Part shown: piece after piece, positions 9,206 to 19,638 of the stretch
Numbering within the stretch: position 1 is the first letter of the stretch
Layout: each line of letters starts with the position of its first letter
Assembly: GCA_942492505.1 (NCBI GenBank)
Contig: CALOFD010000027.1
Location: 67,242-131,241, forward strand
Direction of reading: 5' to 3'
DNA from: Thermoanaerobaculia bacterium
GTDB taxonomy: Bacteria; Acidobacteriota; Thermoanaerobaculia; Multivoradales; Multivoraceae
DNA: 64,000 nt
Position numbers and translations under genes: made by a program
Notes under the pieces: generated by a model
The model's database searches: none
What the model was told of the DNA's origin: nothing
What the model saw: only the letters and a program-made list of their open reading frames with translations

Positions 9206-11149
9206 TCAGGAACTCGCGGCCGAACTCAGGATGCCGATCTCCTGCAGCAGACTGTTGTTGGGCTTGACCCCCAATTCCTCGCGTCGCTGTTGAACGGTGG
9301 CGCTGAGCATCTCCTCGGTCCTCTCCTGGACCAGCCGATCACGCGTCTCCTCCTTCTGCTCCTCGAAGGAGACGGGATCGAAGGGGGTTCGACTCGTGAT
9401 CTGGAAGAGGACATGACCGCTCGTGGTCTCGACGGGACCGCCCCACTGGCCTTCCACTCGCTCGAAGGCGGCCTGCGAAAGATCGGGCTCGCGGCCGATT
9501 CCGGCGATGAAGCCGGTTCGATTGAATTCCTCGGTTTCGGTGAACTCGACTCCGAGCCGCGCGGCGGCCTCCTCGGCCTCGAGTCCGGCTTCGATCTCCA
9601 ACCGAAGAGCCTCGAGTTCCCGTGTCGCAACTTCGCCGAGCTTCTCGCCCCGGACGTCCTCGCGGACCCGATCGACGACCTCCTCGAACTCCTGGATCCT
9701 CGACTCGGAGACCTCCGCGAGCCGCAAGACCGCCCAGCCTCCGGTCACCGCGATGGGTTCGGACACCTTGCCGCTCTCGAGTTCGAAAGCCGTGGTGGTG
9801 AATTCGGTGCCCCGTCCGATTCCGGGAACGTTGTCTTCTCGTCCGAAGGCCGCCGGTGTTTCCCAGGTGGCGCCGGATTCCGCTTCCGCCCACGCCTGGA
9901 GGGCCTGGGCCGACTGATCGCCCTCGCCCGACAGTTCATTCGCCAGTTCTTCGGCGCGGATGGCTGAACGCTCTGACAGGAGGCGAGCGCGGATGCCCGG
10001 ACTGACGGTCTCGAAGTCCTGCACTCCTCCCTCGCGCCGTTCCTGGATCTGGACCAGGTGAAGACCGGTCTGGGTGATCAGGTCGGTTTCGACGGGACCG
10101 ACGAGGGTGCCCGGAGTGCCGCTGAAGGCAGCGTCCTCGAGAGTCGGGTTGTAGCGACCCCGAGAGAAGAAGCCGAGCTCTCCACCGAGTTCCCGCGTGG
10201 CGTCGTCCTGGGAGACCTGCCTCGCAACGGTACCGAAGTCCTCTCCCGCTTCGACTCGGCGGCGGATGTCCTCGAGGCGGGCGCGCGCTGCCGCCAGTTC
10301 TTCGGCGCCGGAAGCCTTGAGGAGGATGTGGCGGGCTCGCACCTGCTCTTCGACGGTGAACTCCTCGGGGTAGGAGTCGTAGTAGCTTCGAATCTCCTCG
10401 TCGGGCAGATCCATCGTCGACTCGAGCAGGCGCGGCTGGATCAGGACGTAGTCGACGCGACGCTGTTCGGGCAGGTTGTAGTTGCTGCGATGGCCCTCGT
10501 AGAACGGCCGCAACTCCTCTTCGTCGACCACCACGCGATCGGCGAAGTTCTCCTTCGGAACGCTCACGTAGCGCATCGCGGCTCGTTCCGTCTGGTCGCG
10601 GAAGGCCTTCTCGACCTCGCTGTCGGAGACGAAGAGCGTCTGGCCGAGCACCTGGAAGAGCTTCTGGTTCTTGATTCGCCGGCGAAGATCGGTCTCCCAT
10701 TCGGCGGGAGTCAGGCGGTAGTTCTTGAGTTCTCGTTCGTAGGCTTCGGCGCCGATGAAGTTGCCGTTCGCATCCTGGAACGCCGGGTCGGCCAGAATGA
10801 TGCGCTGGATCTCCTCATCGGTGGCTTCGAGGCCCATCCGGTCGGCCTCCTGGCGCAGGATCTCGGCGTTGATCACCTGTTGGAGGGCCTGGTCGCCGAG
10901 CCCCAGTTGCTGGGAGAGTTCCGCGGTGTAGGCGTCTCCCCACATGCCCCGTGCCCGGTTCTCCAGTTCCTCGTACTGGCGCTGGAACTCGCGCAGGGGG
11001 ATGTCGACTCCGCCCACGCTGGCCACTGCACTCGCCGAGGTCTGCGGCCCGGCGCCGCCGACGTAGCCGAGTCCGATCACGAAAGCGATGATGACGAGCC
11101 ACAACGCCCATTTGAGGTCATGGAAGGAATTGCGAAACGCTCTGAGCAT
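9206..11149 (-). CDS. Periplasmic chaperone / parvulin-type peptidyl-prolyl isomerase (PpiD/SurA-like)
   Basis: 647 aa; N-terminal TM helix WALWLVIIAFVIGLGYV; parvulin segment VRARHILLKASG...GGELGFFSRG. Confidence 0.75.
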   Translation of the reverse strand: MLRAFRNSFHDLKWALWLVIIAFVIGLGYVGGAGPQTSASAVASVGGVDIPLREFQRQYEELENRARGMWGDAYTAELSQQLGLGDQALQQVINAEILRQEADRMGLEATDEEIQRIILADPAFQDANGNFIGAEAYERELKNYRLTPAEWETDLRRRIKNQKLFQVLGQTLFVSDSEVEKAFRDQTERAAMRYVSVPKENFADRVVVDEEELRPFYEGHRSNYNLPEQRRVDYVLIQPRLLESTMDLPDEEIRSYYDSYPEEFTVEEQVRARHILLKASGAEELAAARARLEDIRRRVEAGEDFGTVARQVSQDDATRELGGELGFFSRGRYNPTLEDAAFSGTPGTLVGPVETDLITQTGLHLVQIQERREGGVQDFETVSPGIRARLLSERSAIRAEELANELSGEGDQSAQALQAWAEAESGATWETPAAFGREDNVPGIGRGTEFTTTAFELESGKVSEPIAVTGGWAVLRLAEVSESRIQEFEEVVDRVREDVRGEKLGEVATRELEALRLEIEAGLEAEEAAARLGVEFTETEEFNRTGFIAGIGREPDLSQAAFERVEGQWGGPVETTSGHVLFQITSRTPFDPVSFEEQKEETRDRLVQERTEEMLSATVQQRREELGVKPNNSLLQEIGILSSAASS

Positions 11150-11299
11150 GAACGGTGGCTCCGGTAGCTGAAGGGGTCCGACCTACAGAACGTCGTATCC
11201 TACCAACGGGCATCAGGAGGAGCAAGGACTCCCTGGGCGTCCGGGGAGCCCTCCGAGACCCCCCTCGAATGTCGATAAACCCCCATTTCATCGTAGTTT

Positions 11300-12772
11300 G
11301 TGGTATGTTCGGGGATGTCTGGGAGGGACAGACTCGGGGGTTTCTGCGTGGCAAAAAAGTCGCGAAAAGTCGGTTGGTATTGGATCTCTGAAGACACCCT
11401 GCGAGGTGTGTTCACGACCGTCGTGGCGATAGCCGTCCTCGCCGTAGCCGGACTCGGCTACCTCGAGTGGCAGGATCGCCAGCGCGAACGCCTGGCCGTC
11501 GAGCAGATCGAGCGCGCCCGCACCCTGCTTCGGGTGGTCGAAGAGGAGGGCGGTGCGGAACTGCAGCGTTCCACCTTCGCGGAGGCCGAGGCGGCCCTGG
11601 TCCAGGCCGAAGTGGCGTGGCGCGAGGACCGCATGCGAATCGCGCAGTCTCGCGCCGAGGTCAGTCGCTCGCTGCTGGTTTCGATCCTCGACTCTCTGCG
11701 AAGCTCGAACAGTTCGAGTGAGGCACGGTTCATCTACGTCGAGGGTGCCGTCGAGCTGCGGCGCGGAGAGACCGGGGTGTTCAGGCGCGCCCGGGCTCGC
11801 GACCTGCTCTATGAAGGCGACTACGTTCGTTCCTCCAACAGCGGTTCGGCTGAGTTGCTCTTCGGGCGCAGAGGGTCGCTCTTCACGGTTCGGCCGGCGA
11901 CGCTGCTCAAGATCCAGCGCACCGAGGCAACAGAGGAACAGCCGCAGGCTGTCGGCATCAGCTATGGCTGGGTCGACCTCAGCACGTCGGGGGCTCGCGC
12001 CGGTCTACAGACACGATTCGCGCAGATGACGCTCGAGAACGACTCCAACGGCGGGGTCTCCCTGCGAGAAGCCTCCGACAGCGGCCGCTTCCGGGTCGAT
12101 CGGGGCCGGGGTGTTCTCGAATCTGCCAGCACGGGGCAGGTGGTCCGCGTCGCCGCCCTCGAAGAGGTCGTGGCAGGAGAGGACGGCTTCGGTTCCCGAC
12201 TCTCGCTGCCCGCCCCGCCGACCCTCGAGGGTCCGCCCGACAACCTGGGCGTCGATCTCGACAAGATCCAGGAGGTGCAACTCGCCTGGCAGCCGGCGGG
12301 CGGTGACGCGCAAGGATATGCCCTCGAAATCTCCCGTTCCCGACTGTTTTCGGACACGCTGATCCAGGACGGCAGGAAGGCGACGTCGGCGCGCGTCGGC
12401 CTGCTGGGAGAGGGAAACTTCTATTGGCGTGTCGCGGCCCGGTCGGGCAGTGGGCAGCTTGGTCCCTGGAGCCCCGCCCAGAGCTTCCGGGTTGCCTCGA
12501 TGGGTGGAATCGGATGGGAAGACGCCGAGCCGCCGGTGCTGGTCGTCGACGAGGTCTATGTCAACGGCAGGATCCTGCTCGTGACCGGCCGCACCGAGCC
12601 GGGTGTGCGCCTCGAGATCGCCGGCCAGTCGGCCTCGGTCGGGTCCGATGGGACCTTCAAGGCCTCGGTGGCGCCGCGCGGCGAGGGGTTGCTGTCGGTG
12701 ACGATCGCTGCGACCGACGCCGCCGGAAACCGTAGTGAAACCCGGCGGGAAGTGCTGCTCGAGGATCTCTGA
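11300..12772 (+). CDS. Membrane-anchored FecR-domain protein with C-terminal Fn3/Ig-like region
   Basis: TM helix VFTTVVAIAVLAVAGLGY; FecR-like block LLYEGDYVRSSNSGSAELLFGRRGSLFTVRPATLLKI; FYWRVAARSGSGQLGPWS motif. Start uncertain (GTG 11348 is an alternative). Confidence 0.5.
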   Translation: MVCSGMSGRDRLGGFCVAKKSRKVGWYWISEDTLRGVFTTVVAIAVLAVAGLGYLEWQDRQRERLAVEQIERARTLLRVVEEEGGAELQRSTFAEAEAALVQAEVAWREDRMRIAQSRAEVSRSLLVSILDSLRSSNSSSEARFIYVEGAVELRRGETGVFRRARARDLLYEGDYVRSSNSGSAELLFGRRGSLFTVRPATLLKIQRTEATEEQPQAVGISYGWVDLSTSGARAGLQTRFAQMTLENDSNGGVSLREASDSGRFRVDRGRGVLESASTGQVVRVAALEEVVAGEDGFGSRLSLPAPPTLEGPPDNLGVDLDKIQEVQLAWQPAGGDAQGYALEISRSRLFSDTLIQDGRKATSARVGLLGEGNFYWRVAARSGSGQLGPWSPAQSFRVASMGGIGWEDAEPPVLVVDEVYVNGRILLVTGRTEPGVRLEIAGQSASVGSDGTFKASVAPRGEGLLSVTIAATDAAGNRSETRREVLLEDL

Positions 12773-12778
12773 TGCTCG

Positions 12779-12808
12779 TTGACGCCTGGATCGTGAAGTC
12801 CCTATTGT
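12779..12808 (+). promoter_or_regulatory. Candidate sigma-70 promoter for mreBCD (TTGACG-N18-TATTGT)
   Basis: TTGACG at 12779-12784 and TATTGT at 12803-12808, about 80 nt upstream of the mreB ATG. Confidence 0.3.
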
Positions 12809-12890
12809 TCAATGTCCGTGAATTGTATGAGGAGATGACGCTCGCCGCTTCGGCCTAGTGGCCGATCGGGGTTCGTGACCGAAACCAACC

Positions 12891-13909
<1,019 letters not shown>

Positions 13910-13913
<4 letters not shown>

Positions 13914-14785
13914 GAACGTCCCGCGAGCGTGAGAGTCCTGTCGTGGGCGGACGGCTCACGAACGTGGTTTTCGGACTCCTGCTGCTCGGCCAACTCGTTC
14001 TCCTGACTTCTCAGGTTCGTGATCCAACGACCGAGAAGACCCAGCTCGAACGCAGCGCCCTGACCGCTGTAGCGCCGGTGGCACACTCCGTGTCGTCGGT
14101 CGTCGACGCTTCGAAGTGGCTCCAGCAGCGCTTTGAAACGAGAGAGTCACTGCAGGAGGAGAACGCTCGTCTCAGGTCCCGCCTCGAGATGCTCGAGCGA
14201 GAGCGGGTCGCCACCAGCGGACTCGACGTCGAGGTCGAAAGGCTCTCCGATGCGTTGGGCTACAAGCCTCCCTTCGACGGTCAGGTGCGCCTTGCCGACG
14301 TGGTCTACATCGACCATGCGTCGTGGTTGCGGACATTGCTGCTCTACATTCCCGGTCAGTGGGCAACGGAGAACTCCCCGGTGACCTCGGCCGACGGTCT
14401 CGTCGGTCGCGTCGTCCTGATGGAGGGGTCGTACGCCAAGGTGCAGCTGATCACCGACCGTGCTTCGGGAATCGGCGCGATGATCGAACGGACCCGCAGG
14501 CAGGGCGTCGTCCGAGGCGCCGGTAGCGACGGTCTGACGCTCGAGTACGTTCCCCTGTCTGCCGATGTACGGATCGGAGACAAGGTGATCAGCGCCGGCA
14601 CCGACGGCCTGTATCCGCGCGGCCTTCCGATCGGAGTGGTGGTCGATGTCGGCGAGGGCGGCGATCTCTTTCAACAGCTCACGATCATGCCGAGCGTCGA
14701 TTTCGGGGCACTCGACCAGGTCTTCGTACTGCGTGGCGGTGGTATTCCCGAGCGGCTGAGGGGGACTCTCAGTGCGAGCCCTTAG
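13910..14785 (+). CDS. mreC: Rod shape-determining protein MreC
   Basis: 291 aa; N-terminal TM, coiled coil (LQEENARLRSRLEMLERE), C-terminal beta domain VISAGTDGLYPRGLPIGVV; 4-nt overlap with mreB. Confidence 0.85.
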
Positions 14786-15293
14786 GTTCGCGATCGGCCT
14801 GCTGGTCGCCCTTCTCGTACACCTGCTCGTCGTCGCTCTGGGTCCTGAGGCGGCGGGAGCCGTCGATCCGTTCCTCCTCCTGATCGTCCTCTTCTCCCTG
14901 GAGGGCAATGTCCTGGCTGCCGTGATCGGTGGTTGCGTGGCCGGCCTGACCGAGGATGCGGTGACAGGAGGTCTCTTCGGGCTCTACGGTCTGGCGGGAA
15001 CGATCGTCGGATTCATCGCGGCCCGCACCACGCATCAACTGTCGCTCGATCAGCGTCGCTTCGTCGCCCTGCTCTTCAGCCTTGCGGCCGTCATTCAGCA
15101 GATCGTGGTCCAGGGGCTGCTGGTCCTGTTGGCCACGGATCAGGAGATGCCGAGCCTGACGCTTCTGGCGGTGCGAGTCGTTCTGGCCGCAGTGTTCGGC
15201 TCGCTGCTGGTGTCGGTCTGGGGCAAGGCCGAGGGAATCCTGCGCAAGCGCCGCCAGGAACGCCGCCCGCGTGTCAGTTGGGGAACGAAGTGA
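14772..15293 (+). CDS. mreD: Rod shape-determining protein MreD
   Basis: 173-aa polytopic membrane ORF positioned between mreC and mrdA. Confidence 0.7.
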   Translation: MRALRFAIGLLVALLVHLLVVALGPEAAGAVDPFLLLIVLFSLEGNVLAAVIGGCVAGLTEDAVTGGLFGLYGLAGTIVGFIAARTTHQLSLDQRRFVALLFSLAAVIQQIVVQGLLVLLATDQEMPSLTLLAVRVVLAAVFGSLLVSVWGKAEGILRKRRQERRPRVSWGTK

Positions 15294-17071
15294 ACGTCGG
15301 TCGAGAGGAGAGTCGGCGGCGCTACATCGTCCGGATCCGTCGTCTGGCGATCCTGATCAGTGTCGCCTTCACGATCGTCGGCGGGAGCTACTGGTACACC
15401 CAGGCGGTCAAGGGAGCCGAGTATCGGGCCCTGGCCGAGAACAATCGGCTACGCGAACAGCGCCTGCCGGCTCCCCGGGGACTGATTCTCGATCGCCATG
15501 GCAGGTCGATGGTCGAGAACGTCCCGTCCTATCGTCTCCTCATCGATCGATCGCGCACCTCCGACGTCGAGGCGAGTCTCGCTTTTGCGGCCCGCACGCT
15601 CGACCTGCCGCTTGCCGATCTCGACGAGGCTTTGCAACGGGGACGGGGAAGGTCGGAGATCTTCCCCGTGCTGCTGGCCGCGGATCTGACGTTCTCGCAG
15701 GTCGCCAGGATCGAGGCCAGCGGTCTCGAGCATCCGGAGTTCGAGGTCGACGTGCAGTTGCGCCGTTTCTACCGGCTCGGCGATCAAGCAGCTCATGTGC
15801 TGGGCTACATCGGCGAAGCGAACCAGCAGGCGTTGGATCGTCGACCCGAACTGAGCAGCGGCGATCAGGTCGGAATCAAGGGCGCCGAGAGCACCTACGA
15901 CAGCCGCTTGCGCGGAGAAGACGGAAGTCGGGTGATCGTGGTCGACAGCCGGGGCCGGGTGATGGAGGAGCATCAGAACCATCCCGCCCGACATGGCGTG
16001 AATCTGCAGCTGACTCTCGACCTGCAACTGCAGCAGGAAGCGGAGCGCTACTTCGAAGACCGAGTCGGCAGTGTCGTCGCGATGGATCCCCGGACCGGGG
16101 AGATCCTGGCGATGGTGTCGGCGCCGTCGTTCAATCCCAACTCCTTCGCTCGCGGAATCGCGGCGCGGGAGTGGCGCGAGCTGTTGGAGTCGCCGAACGA
16201 TCCGCTCCAGAACCGAGCCCTCCAGAACAGTCACTCGCCAGGCTCGATCTTCAAGATCGTCACGGCGGTCGCGGCTCTCGAAGAGGGCATCGTCACCCCC
16301 GCAGACACGTTCACCTGCAACGGGTCGGCGCAGATCTACAACCATCGCTTCCGCTGTTGGAAGGCGGGGGGACACGGCACCGTCAACCTCCACGAGGCGC
16401 TGAAGCACTCCTGCAACGTCTACTTCTACCAGGTCGGTCAGCGACTCGGTATCGATCGGATCTCCGAGTACGCCCGCCGACTGGGTCTGGGTTCTGCGAC
16501 CGGGATCGACCTGGAAGGCGAGAAGGACGGACTCGTTCCCGATCGGCAGTGGAGCCTGCGTCAACGAAAGACCATGTGGTTTCCGGGCGAGACGATCTCG
16601 GTCTCGATCGGTCAGGGTCCATTGTTGGTCACGCCGCTCCAGGTGGCCGTCATGATGTCGGCGGTAGCCAACGGGGGTTCGCTCGTCACGCCACGGTTGG
16701 TGATGAGCGATATCGAGGCGGTTCGGCCGCTGGGCGTCTCGGATCGAACGATGTCGGTCGTGCGCGAGGCTCTCGCAGCGGTGGTCGAAGCCGGCACGGC
16801 CCGGGCGGCAGCGGTACCGGGCCTGCGAGTGGCCGGCAAGACCGCGACGGCTCAGGTGGTCAACCAGGCGACCCGGATCGATTCCGAGGATCTCGAGTAC
16901 CGCTTCCGGGACCACGCATGGTTCGCGTCCTTCGCTCCGATGGAGGCTCCCGAGCTGGTGGTGGTGGTCTTCGTCGAACACGGGGGGCACGGCGGCAACG
17001 CCGCGGCTCCCCTCGCCAAGAGACTCTATGAGACACACTTCGGGACGCTTCCCAGCCCTTCCGATACGTGA
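15290..17071 (+). CDS. mrdA: Penicillin-binding protein 2 (elongasome transpeptidase)
   Basis: GTG 15290 overlaps the mreD stop; LPAPRGLILDRHGRSMVEN, active-site SPGSIFK, and KTATAQV (KTG-like) motifs; the ORF-track start at 14933 is an in-frame extension across mreD. Confidence 0.9.
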   Translation: MNVGREESRRRYIVRIRRLAILISVAFTIVGGSYWYTQAVKGAEYRALAENNRLREQRLPAPRGLILDRHGRSMVENVPSYRLLIDRSRTSDVEASLAFAARTLDLPLADLDEALQRGRGRSEIFPVLLAADLTFSQVARIEASGLEHPEFEVDVQLRRFYRLGDQAAHVLGYIGEANQQALDRRPELSSGDQVGIKGAESTYDSRLRGEDGSRVIVVDSRGRVMEEHQNHPARHGVNLQLTLDLQLQQEAERYFEDRVGSVVAMDPRTGEILAMVSAPSFNPNSFARGIAAREWRELLESPNDPLQNRALQNSHSPGSIFKIVTAVAALEEGIVTPADTFTCNGSAQIYNHRFRCWKAGGHGTVNLHEALKHSCNVYFYQVGQRLGIDRISEYARRLGLGSATGIDLEGEKDGLVPDRQWSLRQRKTMWFPGETISVSIGQGPLLVTPLQVAVMMSAVANGGSLVTPRLVMSDIEAVRPLGVSDRTMSVVREALAAVVEAGTARAAAVPGLRVAGKTATAQVVNQATRIDSEDLEYRFRDHAWFASFAPMEAPELVVVVFVEHGGHGGNAAAPLAKRLYETHFGTLPSPSDT

Positions 17072-18167
17072 GGACGTAGACCTCCGGGGACGGATCGAAC
17101 GGCCGTCCCTGATGCTGGCTGCCAGCGCTGTTCTGCTCGCGCTGATCGGCTTGTCGACCGTCAAGAGCGCATCGGCAGAACTGCCGATCGACTACTTCCC
17201 GCGTCAGTCGATGTTCGTTGGAGTCGGGGTGCTGGTGATGGTGGCGGGCCTCGGGTTGAGCTACAAGTTGATGCTGCGCTTCGCCCTGCCGATCTACTTC
17301 CTCGGTCTCGCCCTGTTGGTCGGGATCCTGCTGGTCGGCCATGAGGCCGGCGGTGCCCGGTCGTGGTTCGGTGTGGCCGGATTCGGGCTGCAGCCCTCGG
17401 AGTTGATGAAGCTGGCAACGCTTCTGGTGCTGGTGCGCTTCCTGTCTTCGATCGACTCGTTGCAGGTGGAGTTGCCCGACCTGGCTCGCGCCACGGGCAT
17501 CGTGCTGATTCCCTTCATGCTCATCTACCTCGAGCCCGACCTCGGCAGCGCCATGATCCTGTTCGCGATTCTCGGCGCCCTGGTGCTGGTCGCCGGACTC
17601 AGCCTGAGAACCGTGTTGATCCTCGGCCTGGTGGTCCTCATCGCCGGCGCGGGAGTGTGGTTGTTCGCACTCCAGGACTATCAGAAGGCGCGCGTCATGA
17701 CGTTCTTCAAGCCCGGCGACGATCCGCTGGGCGCCGGGTATCAGATTCGTCAGAGCAAGATCGCGGTCGGCTCGGGTGAGATCCTCGGCAAGGGCTACAT
17801 GCAGGGCACCCAGAGTCAGCTGCGCTTCCTGCCGGCTCGCCACACCGACTTCATTTTCGCGGTGCTGGCCGAGGAGCGAGGTTTTCTGGGCGTGGCGGTG
17901 GTTCTCGGCCTCTATCTGGTATTTCTCTACAACGGAACGCTCGTCGCGACCCGGGCAGGCGACAGGCAGGGCATGCTGCTGGTCGTGGGCCTCCTGGCAG
18001 TTCTCTCCTTCCATATTCTGTACAACACCAGCATGATGGTCGGACTGGTACCGATCACGGGTCTGCCGCTCCCGTTTCTGAGCTACGGCGGGTCTTTCAC
18101 GCTGTTCTGCTTCTTCGCTACCGGCGTGATCCTGAGTGTCGACTTCCGGCGCTACGTCAATCGCTGA
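17028..18167 (+). CDS. rodA: SEDS-family peptidoglycan polymerase RodA
   Basis: 379-aa polytopic ORF; FGLQPSELMKL, TDFIFAVLAEERGF and LPLPFLSYGGS motifs; start uncertain (ATG 17028 overlaps mrdA by 44 nt). Confidence 0.9.
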   Translation: MRHTSGRFPALPIREDVDLRGRIERPSLMLAASAVLLALIGLSTVKSASAELPIDYFPRQSMFVGVGVLVMVAGLGLSYKLMLRFALPIYFLGLALLVGILLVGHEAGGARSWFGVAGFGLQPSELMKLATLLVLVRFLSSIDSLQVELPDLARATGIVLIPFMLIYLEPDLGSAMILFAILGALVLVAGLSLRTVLILGLVVLIAGAGVWLFALQDYQKARVMTFFKPGDDPLGAGYQIRQSKIAVGSGEILGKGYMQGTQSQLRFLPARHTDFIFAVLAEERGFLGVAVVLGLYLVFLYNGTLVATRAGDRQGMLLVVGLLAVLSFHILYNTSMMVGLVPITGLPLPFLSYGGSFTLFCFFATGVILSVDFRRYVNR

Positions 18168-19638
18168 TCCGAGTCTGGAAACCTTGAACAACACTCTCCT
18201 GATCGAGAGAGGCGTCCACCAGACCCGGGTCGCGGTGCTCGAGGACGACCGCCTCGCTGAGATCCATATCGAGCGGCGCCGCGGCAGAGGGGTCGTGGGC
18301 AACTGTTATCGCGGGCGGGTGAATCGAGTCCTGCCAGGGATGCACGCTGCCTTCATCGACGTCGGCCTGCCCCGGGATGCGTTTCTGTGGGCCGGAGACG
18401 CCCCGGGCGCGGGAGACTCCGAAGAAGGGGATCCACCGGCCATCGACGAACTGCTCTCGCCGGGCGACGAGATCCTGGTGCAGGTGACCAAGGACGCGCT
18501 GCCACGCAAGGGCGCTCGGGTGACCTCGAAGGTGTCGCTCCCCGGCCGCTACCTGGTGCTGTTGCCCGGGGTCGATCACATCGGCGTCTCGAGACGGATC
18601 GAGGACGAAGAGGAGGAGGCTCGGCTGCGGCAACTGGCCCAGCCGCTGCTTTCGCCCGGCGTCGGTTGGATCGTCAGGACGCAGGCCGAGGGTTGCAGTG
18701 CCGAAACGCTGAGCCAGGATCACGTCGGCTTGCTCGAGATGTGGAAGGAGGTCCAGGCTCGATACGAAGAAGCTTCGGCTCCGGCACTCCTGCACCGCGA
18801 TGCCAGCGTCGATCTTCGTCTGGTTCGAGACCTCTTCAACTCGACCTTCGAACGGTTGATCGTCGACGACGAGGAGGCGTACGGTGAGATCGTGGCCCTG
18901 CTGACCCGCTTCGAGCCCTCGTTGGTCGAACGGGTCGAGTTGGAGCCTTCGGCACCGGGAGTCCTGTTCTCGCGCCACGGGGTCGAGAAGCAGATCGAGG
19001 CAGCGCTGAAGCGACAGGTCTGGTTGCCTTCCGGGGGTTACCTGATCATTCAGCAGACCGAAGCCCTGGTCTCGATCGACGTGAATACGGGCCGCTTCGT
19101 CGGCAAGCGGGATCTCGAGGAGACCGTTCTACAGACCAACCTCGAAGCCGTCAGGGAGATCGTCCGGCAGATCCGACTGCGCGATCTGGGCGGGATCCTG
19201 GTGATCGACCTGATCGACATGACACCTGAGGAGAACCGTCGCAGGGTCATGGAAGAGCTCGACAAGCACCTCGCCAAGGACCGGTCTCGAAGCAACGTCC
19301 TCGGATTGTCGGACTTCGGTCTGTTGCAGATCACCCGCAAGCGCAGCCGTTCGAATCTGTACAGCCAGTTGCTCAGGCAGTGCCCCTGTTGCTCGGGCAC
19401 GGGAACGGTGAAGTCGTTGGACACCCTGGCCCTCGCCCTGCGCGACGAGGTGGTTTGCGAGATCGAAGAGGGTCGGCCGGGTCTGTTGCGAGTCAAGGTC
19501 CCTGCGGACCTCGCACTCCATCTGAGAGGGCGCGATCACGCGATTCTCGACGAGATCGAAGAACGCCTCGGGGGTACGCTGGACATCGAAGTGGACTCCT
19601 CGCTGGCGATCGACACGTTCGAGGTCGTCCGTGTCTGA
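18136..19638 (+). CDS. rng: Ribonuclease G/E family endoribonuclease
   Basis: S1 domain CYRGRVNRVLPGMHAAFIDVGL; catalytic region EALVSIDVNTGRFVG; C-terminal CPCCSGTG zinc link. The real start is possibly TTG 18184. Confidence 0.85.
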   Translation: MSTSGATSIADPSLETLNNTLLIERGVHQTRVAVLEDDRLAEIHIERRRGRGVVGNCYRGRVNRVLPGMHAAFIDVGLPRDAFLWAGDAPGAGDSEEGDPPAIDELLSPGDEILVQVTKDALPRKGARVTSKVSLPGRYLVLLPGVDHIGVSRRIEDEEEEARLRQLAQPLLSPGVGWIVRTQAEGCSAETLSQDHVGLLEMWKEVQARYEEASAPALLHRDASVDLRLVRDLFNSTFERLIVDDEEAYGEIVALLTRFEPSLVERVELEPSAPGVLFSRHGVEKQIEAALKRQVWLPSGGYLIIQQTEALVSIDVNTGRFVGKRDLEETVLQTNLEAVREIVRQIRLRDLGGILVIDLIDMTPEENRRRVMEELDKHLAKDRSRSNVLGLSDFGLLQITRKRSRSNLYSQLLRQCPCCSGTGTVKSLDTLALALRDEVVCEIEEGRPGLLRVKVPADLALHLRGRDHAILDEIEERLGGTLDIEVDSSLAIDTFEVVRV